This document shows, in pieces, positions 1 to 7,629 of a stretch of 64,000 nucleotides of DNA; the stretch's first letter is position 1; the number at the start of each line of letters is the position of its first letter. The stretch comes from Sedimentisphaerales bacterium (lineage in GTDB: Bacteria > Planctomycetota > Phycisphaerae > Sedimentisphaerales > SM23-30). Location: positions 1 through 64,000 of the forward strand of contig CAXXFK010000036.1 of NCBI GenBank assembly GCA_963663965.2, written 5' to 3'. The notes below the pieces were generated by a model. It did no database searches and had not been told where the DNA came from. It saw only the letters and a list, made by a program, of their open reading frames with translations. A program made the position numbers and the translations under genes.

Positions 1-47
1 AACCAGACAAAAGATGTGCCGAGCGACGAGTAGTTTTTGTTTATATA

Positions 48-1190
48 TTGGATGCTATGGGGCAGGATAAACCAGAGATCAGGGAAGTTATGTTAACCGC
101 GGAGGTCAGGCGGCAATGGGTGGATTTACAAAAACGATATTATCCACAATTAGTGTATATTGATCCTGAGCGTATTCTGAGCCAGCAAAAGGCCTGCCCG
201 AAATGGACGTTTCGTCTTTTTCAGATCCGAGAACCTGCTCGCGCTGAATCCATCGGATTGCTGCCCTGTTGGGAGTTGAGTGTGAGGGCCATAGAAGCGG
301 TGGGAGTCGTCAGGCCCATAACGGGTGATATTCAACTGCTTGTTATTCATAATGGGGGGCTGCTACTGCCGGCTTCTCATTTGCGTACGGCGATCCAGGC
401 GATATTTGAGTCCAATCGTCATATCGGGATCATTCATTTTAAACTTGCGCCCGAGGCCTATTATGATAGCTGTAAAAAAGGGCTAGTATCGAAGGTTGGC
501 GATTACCTGCATTGGGTAACCACTGTTCCGGAGACGATGGAGGGATTTTATCAGACTTTATCTAAGAAGCACCGAAGGAACCTGAAGACATTTTTGAAAA
601 GATATCGAAACAATCCCGAGTTTACCATTAAAACCTGTCCGAGTGTCGATCAACTTGAGACTTTTTTGGCGCAGGCTTATGACGTGTCGCAAAAGACATA
701 TCAATTTGCGCTGGGTGGCGGTCTGAAAGAAATCGAGAAATTCAGGATTCTGTTTCACGACGCTTTCAGGGCCGGCTGGCTGGATTTTAATGTGGCTTAT
801 CATGGCGAGCAGCCGATTGCGTTTTTGATTTCTTATCGATATCGACAGACATATCATATGGGGATTATGGGTTTTGATCCGGCTTACGCGCGAGAGAATG
901 TCGGGACAGTTATGTTTTTGCATAAACTGGAAGAACTTTGCGGCAGTGAAATCAAGTGGATCGATTATGGATTTGGGGATGAATTTTTCAAGAACAGTTA
1001 TGGTGACGAATCGCGCCGTGAGATTTCGTTTAATGTGTACGCGCCGCGGCCGGGAGCTTTTTTTCTCTGGTTCAGGGATAACTGCATCAATTATATGCTC
1101 ACAGGAACTCGTAAATTAGCGACGCGCTTAAATTGGATGCCGTATCTCAAACGACTCAAACGAAAAAGGGGGGCGGGTTTAGCGGATTAA
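48..1190 (+). CDS. GNAT-family N-acetyltransferase (CelD/BcsL-like, Acetyltransf_6)
   Basis: Motifs 'LSKKHRRNLK', 'GFDPAYARENVGTVM' and 'IDYGFGDEFFK' are typical of Acetyltransf_6 GNATs. Start codon uncertain. Confidence 0.75.
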   Translation: MDAMGQDKPEIREVMLTAEVRRQWVDLQKRYYPQLVYIDPERILSQQKACPKWTFRLFQIREPARAESIGLLPCWELSVRAIEAVGVVRPITGDIQLLVIHNGGLLLPASHLRTAIQAIFESNRHIGIIHFKLAPEAYYDSCKKGLVSKVGDYLHWVTTVPETMEGFYQTLSKKHRRNLKTFLKRYRNNPEFTIKTCPSVDQLETFLAQAYDVSQKTYQFALGGGLKEIEKFRILFHDAFRAGWLDFNVAYHGEQPIAFLISYRYRQTYHMGIMGFDPAYARENVGTVMFLHKLEELCGSEIKWIDYGFGDEFFKNSYGDESRREISFNVYAPRPGAFFLWFRDNCINYMLTGTRKLATRLNWMPYLKRLKRKRGAGLAD

Positions 1191-1461
1191 AATAAACGCA
1201 CTTTAATGCTTATAAATCCTTTATCAGTCAGATTTTGTTCTGGTTGATAAAGGATTTTTTATTGGCAAATAATTCAGATTAGGGAGAATTGGGAAAAATA
1301 TTGAAAACAACAGGTTATTTTTATATCATAATGGTTAATGTCAATTATACTGTCGATAATAAGATTAGCGCCTGATTATTTTCTCCGGAAAGAAGACCAT
1401 TTGAATGTTGAGAACGGATATCTCGTAAGTCAAAGAATTCAGGTAAATTGCGAGGAAAAGC

Positions 1462-4023
1462 ATGTTCGAAGATATTAGCCAAAATGGAATAAAAAATCGT
1501 AATCCACGGGGCTTGAAGGGGATTATTGTTTGGGTTATTTTGTTTGCCTTCCCCCTTTGGGCTGAACATATTAAAGTCGATATGGATACACGCGGTGACG
1601 CAACAGCGGCCGGTTTTACTTCGTGGCAGGCGTCTCACGGATTGTCAAAAAGTTTTGGGGATTTGACTGTGAGTCTAGCGCTGTTGAATCCGCCCAGTTC
1701 AACGGATTGGAAGATTAACTGGTATAACAAGGATGGTTTAAATAAATATGAACTGGCGATGGATTGTTTCTACGCCAATTTTGATGATGGTACAAGTTCA
1801 CATCCCAGTTATCAGGGCGGCACCATTGTCATGACGCTTGAGGGATTAACGCCGGGAGCGCATACGGTTATCAGCTATCATAACGCGCCGTGGCCGGTGA
1901 GTAAATATGGGCGGGCGATTTGTTCCTGTCAAATTCATGTTGATGATATTAAGCAATTAATAATTCAACCCTCACAGTATGTTACTGATGATACTGATAT
2001 TACCAGTACATTTTTCACGGTGGAAGCGGTTGCCGGTCAGCCGGTGGTGATCCGGTTTGAGCCAGTAGGCGATAGCGCGACGGAACTCTGTACGGCGGTT
2101 TTAAATGGTTTTGAAATCGACAACCTGGCATCAGTAGACAGTTATGCCGCTAATCCGATGCCGGTGGATGGCGATCATCATGTTTTTGCGAATAATGATG
2201 ACGCGGCAGCCGGTTCGGCTGGAACCGGTTATACCGTGCTTAGCTGGACCGCTTCGCTGTTTGCGGTTGAACATGATGTTTACTTTGGAACAGATCGGGA
2301 TGGAGTGGAGAACGCGACCATTTCCACTGCCGGTGTTTATCGCGGGCGTCAATCCGGCGCTGATACTGACTGGAATGCGGAGAATCTGGATAGCAAACTG
2401 ACTTATTACTGGCGGATCGATACGGTGAAGGCGGATGGATCGATTACTAAGGGGTATGTCTGGTCGTTTCAGACGCGCCATCTGGCTTATCGAACGGCTG
2501 AAGGATATGGCCGGTTTGCCCGGGCAGGCCGCTATGGCAGGACTATCGAAGTGACGACCCTGGAAGATTATAATCCCGGCTCGGAAGCGGTTATCGAAGG
2601 TAGTTTACGCCAGGCTATTGAGGTGGAAAAGGGGGCCAGGGTAGTGGTATTCCGGGTTGGGGGGACAATTTTTCTTAAAGGCAAACTGGTCATACCCGCT
2701 GATGGCGGGAATGTTTATGTTGCGGGTCAGACTGCGCCGGGAGAGGGGATCTGTGTGGCACGCTATCCGTTTGGTATGCTGGGCGCGGAAGACGCGGTGA
2801 TCCGGCATATTCGTACGCGGGTGGGCGATTATGCCCAGATTTCGCTTGATGGCATGGGCATGGCCAGCAGTAACCATTGTATTATCGATCATTGCTCAAT
2901 CAGTTGGAGTATCGATGAAGGACACAGCTCCCGATCGGCCAGGAATATTACTTTTTCGCGTAATATTATTTCGGAGGCCCTGAACAATTCCTATCAATAC
3001 GCTGATCATTCTTTTGCCGGTTCGATCAGCGGGAATATCGGCAGTTATCATCATAATCTATTGGCGCATTGTGCCGGGCGTAACTGGTCGCTGGCGGGTG
3101 GACTTGAGCCGGATGGCGAGTATGCCGGATATTGCGATATCCGGAATAATGTGGTGTATAACTGGCAGCATCGAACGACTGACGGCGGCGTGATGCGATG
3201 TAATTTTGTCAATAACTATTATCTGCCGGGAGCGGCGACGACGCTGTTTCTGTTGATGCGGCCGGATGGGGATCAGATGGGGACGGGCAATCCCCAGATG
3301 TTCTATATTTCGGGTAACCGGATGGAAGGGTATCCTCAGTTTGATACTGATAACTGGAATGGGGTTTCGCCCAATTACGCGACGGAATCTCAGATACGCA
3401 GTGATGTGCCGTTTTTTCCATCTTATGTGACAACGCACCCGGTTGCAGAGATTCTGGAGAATGTATTGAACGATGTGGGGGCGACCTGTCCCAGGCGCGA
3501 TGCGATTGACCGGCGTATTATCGATGAGGTGTGGGAACGGCGCTTTACCTATCGGGGCAGTATCGATCATCTGCCGGGTATTATCGATACGCAGGAGGAT
3601 GTCGGGGGTTATCCGATCTTAAAAAGCGGGCCGGTTCCGCCTGATAGCGATCATGATGGTTTGCCTGATTGGTGGGAGCAGGACAAAGGGCTTAATCCAA
3701 ACTCGCCGGTGGGCGATACCAGCGATATTCATGGTGATCCTGATGGGGATGGATTTACCCATCTGGATGACTATCTGGAATATCTGGCGGAGGGGGGGAC
3801 CCAGTTTCCCACCTATAATTGCGCGGAAGCTAACATGGCCGATTTGGATGACGATTGCCAGGTTACCATACAGGATTTCAGTTTGTTTACCGGGTTGTTA
3901 GCGCTTGGATTGCCGGGGGGGGATGTGAATGGTGATGGTTCGATCGATCTGCTGGATCTGGTTGGTTTTGTCAATAACTGGCTGGTCTGTTATCGTGAGC
4001 CGATGTCTGCATGTTACCGATGA
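1462..4023 (+). CDS. Secreted pectate lyase (PL1-like beta-helix) with C-terminal dockerin/EF-hand-like repeats
   Basis: Signal-like N-terminus; 'TAEGYGRFARAGR', 'VAGQTAPGEGI', 'IIDHCSISWSIDE', 'DSDHDGLPDWWE'; C-terminal 'DLDDDCQVTIQDF' and 'DVNGDGSIDLLDL'. Confidence 0.8.
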   Translation: MFEDISQNGIKNRNPRGLKGIIVWVILFAFPLWAEHIKVDMDTRGDATAAGFTSWQASHGLSKSFGDLTVSLALLNPPSSTDWKINWYNKDGLNKYELAMDCFYANFDDGTSSHPSYQGGTIVMTLEGLTPGAHTVISYHNAPWPVSKYGRAICSCQIHVDDIKQLIIQPSQYVTDDTDITSTFFTVEAVAGQPVVIRFEPVGDSATELCTAVLNGFEIDNLASVDSYAANPMPVDGDHHVFANNDDAAAGSAGTGYTVLSWTASLFAVEHDVYFGTDRDGVENATISTAGVYRGRQSGADTDWNAENLDSKLTYYWRIDTVKADGSITKGYVWSFQTRHLAYRTAEGYGRFARAGRYGRTIEVTTLEDYNPGSEAVIEGSLRQAIEVEKGARVVVFRVGGTIFLKGKLVIPADGGNVYVAGQTAPGEGICVARYPFGMLGAEDAVIRHIRTRVGDYAQISLDGMGMASSNHCIIDHCSISWSIDEGHSSRSARNITFSRNIISEALNNSYQYADHSFAGSISGNIGSYHHNLLAHCAGRNWSLAGGLEPDGEYAGYCDIRNNVVYNWQHRTTDGGVMRCNFVNNYYLPGAATTLFLLMRPDGDQMGTGNPQMFYISGNRMEGYPQFDTDNWNGVSPNYATESQIRSDVPFFPSYVTTHPVAEILENVLNDVGATCPRRDAIDRRIIDEVWERRFTYRGSIDHLPGIIDTQEDVGGYPILKSGPVPPDSDHDGLPDWWEQDKGLNPNSPVGDTSDIHGDPDGDGFTHLDDYLEYLAEGGTQFPTYNCAEANMADLDDDCQVTIQDFSLFTGLLALGLPGGDVNGDGSIDLLDLVGFVNNWLVCYREPMSACYR

Positions 4024-4056
4024 AGGGCGCGATTTCTGCTGCTACGGGTTAGATAG

Positions 4057-4476
4057 TCATTCGTTTGATATTTTGCCCCGCATCTGTTTGATTTTGCCGC
4101 GATGAGATTTACTTTCGAGCCGACGCTGGCGAGAGGCTAGTGACGGACGGGTTGGTTTGCGTTTTTTGGGGGGCTTGAGGGCAGCGAGAATCAAGACGCG
4201 CAGCCGGTTGAGGCATTCCTGCCGGTTGGCAGACTGGGAACGGGACTCATCACAACGAACGACAATGATTCCTTTGTCGCTATAGCGATGGCCGGCCAGT
4301 TCGATCAAGCGGCGCTTTATCGATTCGGAAAGTTCGGGGCATTGTTTCACATCGAAGAACAGTTGAACCTGGGTATTGACTTTGTTTACGTGCTGGCCGC
4401 CGGGCCCGGAGGAGCGGGCATATTGATAGCGTAGATATTCTTCGCTGATACTTAACTGGTCGTTGATTTCAAACAT
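4057..4476 (-). CDS. arfB: Alternative ribosome-rescue peptidyl-tRNA hydrolase ArfB
   Basis: GGQ motif 'RSSGPGGQHVNKV', 'RSQSANR', and a basic C-terminal tail 'PKKRKPTRPS'. Confidence 0.93.
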   Translation of the reverse strand: MFEINDQLSISEEYLRYQYARSSGPGGQHVNKVNTQVQLFFDVKQCPELSESIKRRLIELAGHRYSDKGIIVVRCDESRSQSANRQECLNRLRVLILAALKPPKKRKPTRPSLASRQRRLESKSHRGKIKQMRGKISNE

Positions 4477-4632
4477 CGGGATATAGTAACGGATTCGGTT
4501 TATTAATACAACACAACTTTGGATGGATATCCAGGAATCGGGCCGGCAGATAATGCGTACCCTGGATATATGAATGGATCACATGGGTTCATTCATGCAT
4601 TAGGAGACCATGTTGTGATGATTGGGATTAGT

Positions 4633-5472
4633 TTATTTCTTATCCTCCTGGATGGGGATGTCGGCCGGGGGTTTGGTGGGGATGCCGAGGGCGTGGAGGG
4701 CTTCTTCGCCGTTCTGGTTCGCAAACGTGTTGAGGGCTTCGTAGCGGTTGCAGGCGTAACTGAAGACCTGGTCGTCAGTTATGCTGTGGTCGTTTTCCAT
4801 TTCGGGCAGTCGGTCTTTGATGTATTCGGGGGCCAATTTGGCTTCGCTGGGGTGCGTGGGGATTCTGGGCGGGTCGGGGATGTGGACGCGGGGCAGGTCG
4901 GGAAATGGGTACTCTGGGGGATATCCATTGGGTTCGTTTGGTTTTTGTTGTAATTGCAACTGTTGCAGGAGCTTAAGATTGGCCTGGAAGGTTCGGTTGA
5001 GGTGGGCTTCGTAGCGGGCCAGGCAGTTGAAGGCGGGGGTTTCGAGGGTGAAGGCGGTGCCGACTTCGTTGTGGCGGGGCAGGTAGATACTCGAATGGGC
5101 GAAGGGCTGGTCGATGACGGTGTCTTTGCGGATCTCTTCGTTGGTGAGCCGGAGTTTATAGACGCGGGCGTCGACCATCTCGGCTTCGATGCGGCCGATG
5201 CGTTCCAATCGCCAGGCGGCGGAAACGATCTGGTCGGCGATGTGACGCTGGAGATAAGTTGTTGGTTTGAGATCTTGCAGCAGCGCGGCGCGGAACTCGA
5301 GGTAGGTGAGTTCGGATTCGCCGGGAACGATGAGGTGGGCGGGATCCTGACCGCTGAGGCCATGCTTGATGGCATTCTTCGATGAGATGGCCTTGCCTTC
5401 GGGGGTTTTGGGGCCGGTGGATTTCTGGGCGTTGCGACGGTTGGCGCGTAGTCTTCTGAGTGAAGATGACAT
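4633..5472 (-). CDS. Uncharacterised protein with N-terminal 'ANRRNAQKSTGPKTPEGK...NAIKHGL' motif (HGGxSTG-related) and internal 'NEPN' motif
   Basis: 279-aa ORF with a strong RBS (AGGAGGT, 5480-5486 on the minus strand). The N-terminal motif is recognisable; function unknown. Confidence 0.75.
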   Translation of the reverse strand: MSSSLRRLRANRRNAQKSTGPKTPEGKAISSKNAIKHGLSGQDPAHLIVPGESELTYLEFRAALLQDLKPTTYLQRHIADQIVSAAWRLERIGRIEAEMVDARVYKLRLTNEEIRKDTVIDQPFAHSSIYLPRHNEVGTAFTLETPAFNCLARYEAHLNRTFQANLKLLQQLQLQQKPNEPNGYPPEYPFPDLPRVHIPDPPRIPTHPSEAKLAPEYIKDRLPEMENDHSITDDQVFSYACNRYEALNTFANQNGEEALHALGIPTKPPADIPIQEDKK

Positions 5473-6077
5473 GGTAGTACCTCCTGTTTAGAAATTTAAA
5501 ATTTAGAATTTAAAATGCAAAATTGTGGTATCCGCCAAGAGGCGGATGTTCGTTTTATTTTGGTTAAGTTTGGTTCGTTGTTGGGGTTAGGGTGATATTT
5601 TTTCATGTTGGGTTTGTTTCGTTTTATGTTGGTATTCGCTGCGCTCATGGTTAGTTTTATTTTTCGCCTCCGGTGCGAAATCCTGTCGGTACGCCTCTGC
5701 GAGGCGTGGGTTGAAAATTTTCTACGCTGGTTCGGGTATTCCCGCCAATGAATTGGCGGGCTATGCGTTTTTGATCTCTCCGAGATATTATTTGTATCCG
5801 TCCTCCTGAGGCGGACCTGCGGCCTTGAGGCGGATGAGTTTTTATTTTTTGTTAAGCTCAATTCTTGGTTGAGGTTAGGGCGATATTTTTTCATGTTGGG
5901 TTTGTTTCGTTTTATGTTGGTATTCGCTGCGCTCATGGCTGGTTTTATTTTTCGCCTCCGGTGCGAAATCCTGTCGGTACGCCTCTGCGAGGCGTGGGTT
6001 TAAAATTTTCAAATTCGGGTTTGGTACCCAGGGTGGCGCTCGTCCCGTTAGACGGGACTCGCTCTGCCCTCATAGGT

Positions 6078-6083
6078 TATACT
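6078..6083 (+). promoter_or_regulatory. -10 box (TATACT) of the IS110 circle-junction promoter
   Basis: Lies exactly 17 nt from TTGACA (7624-7629) once the ends are joined through one CT. Confidence 0.85.
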
Positions 6084-6089
6084 AATCCT

Positions 6090-6345
6090 TAGAGTATATG
6101 TTATTATTAATATCAGTATTCTTTCTTTTTGCTTCTTTTTCTTTCTGTGAAATCTGTTAAATTCTGTGAAACTTGTTATTTCCCCGAAACACGCCGGGGT
6201 GTGGCGAGGTCCGCGTTGCCCAGACCTTCGAGGGCCCAGCCCAGACTGACCCGCCATCACCCCACACCAACAACCATGAGGAACAATAGATTGTCTTCCT
6301 TCGAGGAACACTATGAGGCTGCCTGGGTTGTTCGGCTTGGCGTAA
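6090..6345 (+). ncRNA. Predicted IS110 bridge RNA (target-binding loop ~6196-6263, donor-binding loop ~6269-6332)
   Basis: Two stem-loops, each with an inner CCT-TCG-AGG hairpin; their internal loops match target and donor sequences. The 5' and 3' ends are approximate. Confidence 0.85.
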
Positions 6346-6372
6346 CACAACCACTAGAAAGGAGATGAGTCC

Positions 6373-7608
6373 ATGCTGTTCGCCGGAATCGATTGGTCCG
6401 ATCAAAACCTGGATTATTGTTTGTTGGAGGAACAGCAGGACCCACCATTGGCCCAGGGCCAAGCGCCCGTTAGCGCCGAGGGCCTGGCCGACCTGTTCGT
6501 GCATTGGGAACAATACGCACGGCCTGACCAAATCTTGCTGGCGGTGGAAACCTCCTGCGGCTGCTGGGTTCAAAGTCTGCTGGACCGCGGCTATCGCGTA
6601 TATGTGGTTCATCCCGCCGCCATTAAAAAGTTTCGCGAAGCCTTGTATCCCCAAGGCAACAAAACTGACAAGATCGACCGGTATGTGATCGCCCGATTTC
6701 TGAAAATCATGCATGCCGAATTGAAACCGTTGAAGCCCGACAGCGACGACATGATCGCCTTGCGGATCGCTACCCAAAACCGGTTGCGGCTGGTAGAAGA
6801 ACAAACCGCCAAAATCAATGAATTGAAATCTCTGCTGAAATGCCATTATCCGGCCTTCCTGACGCTGTTTGGCAGCATAAAAAGCCATATCGCCCTGGAT
6901 TTTCTGTGGGCGTTTCCCACCCAGAACCGAATGATGGCCCTGACACCCAAACGACTGGGAAAATGGTTGATCAAACACCATTATCCCAGCATGGGCCGTT
7001 TTGAAAAAATGGCTGCCATTCTGAAAGCGCCGGTTTTGCCCATTGCCCCCAATTTGCAAGAAGCCCACGCTTCGCTGATTGGCTATTTGGCTAAAAGTCT
7101 GCAAGCGCTCACGCGCGAAATCGATGACTATGATCGGAAAATTAACGACCTGCTCGACAATATGCCCGAAGCGGATTGGATCCGATCCCTGCCGGGTGCC
7201 GGCAATGTGTTGGCCCCGGCTTTGCTGGCCTGTTTGGGGCGAGACCCGGAACGCTTTGACAATCCCGCCCAAGCCCAGGCCTTCTTTGGCACCGCGCCGG
7301 TTACCAAACAAAGCGGCAAATCGTGTCAGGTCCATTTTCGCTTCGGCTGTTGGAAATTCGCCCGTCGCACTTTGCAGCTCTTTGCCGCCAGTTCCTGTCT
7401 CTTTTGTCAATGGGCCAAAGAATTCTACCATAAACAACGACAGAAAGGAAAGTCCTACCATGCCGCCCTGAGAAGTCTGGCTCACAAATGGGTAAAAATA
7501 TTGCTGGCCATGAAAAAAACCGGCCAACCCTATGATGATAACATGTTTGTTAACAGTCAACATAGATATCTCGAAAATCAATCGCAATTAATAGCGGTAA
7601 CTGGTTAA
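6373..7608 (+). CDS. IS110-family DEDD recombinase/transposase
   Basis: RuvC-like residues in 'GIDW', 'VET' and 'KTDKID'; Tnp20 region 'SLPGAG...GTAPVTKQSG' with the catalytic Ser; RBS AAGGAG at 6359-6364. Confidence 0.95.
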   Translation: MLFAGIDWSDQNLDYCLLEEQQDPPLAQGQAPVSAEGLADLFVHWEQYARPDQILLAVETSCGCWVQSLLDRGYRVYVVHPAAIKKFREALYPQGNKTDKIDRYVIARFLKIMHAELKPLKPDSDDMIALRIATQNRLRLVEEQTAKINELKSLLKCHYPAFLTLFGSIKSHIALDFLWAFPTQNRMMALTPKRLGKWLIKHHYPSMGRFEKMAAILKAPVLPIAPNLQEAHASLIGYLAKSLQALTREIDDYDRKINDLLDNMPEADWIRSLPGAGNVLAPALLACLGRDPERFDNPAQAQAFFGTAPVTKQSGKSCQVHFRFGCWKFARRTLQLFAASSCLFCQWAKEFYHKQRQKGKSYHAALRSLAHKWVKILLAMKKTGQPYDDNMFVNSQHRYLENQSQLIAVTG

Positions 7609-7623
7609 TTTTTAAATTAAGAT

Positions 7624-7629
7624 TTGACA
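7624..7629 (+). promoter_or_regulatory. -35 box (TTGACA) of the IS110 circle-junction promoter
   Basis: Consensus TTGACA 8 nt before the right-end CT core. Confidence 0.85.

Noticed and set aside
6157..7587. 476-aa ORF antisense to the IS110 recombinase
   Set aside because: Shadow ORF; the plus strand carries all IS110 motifs.
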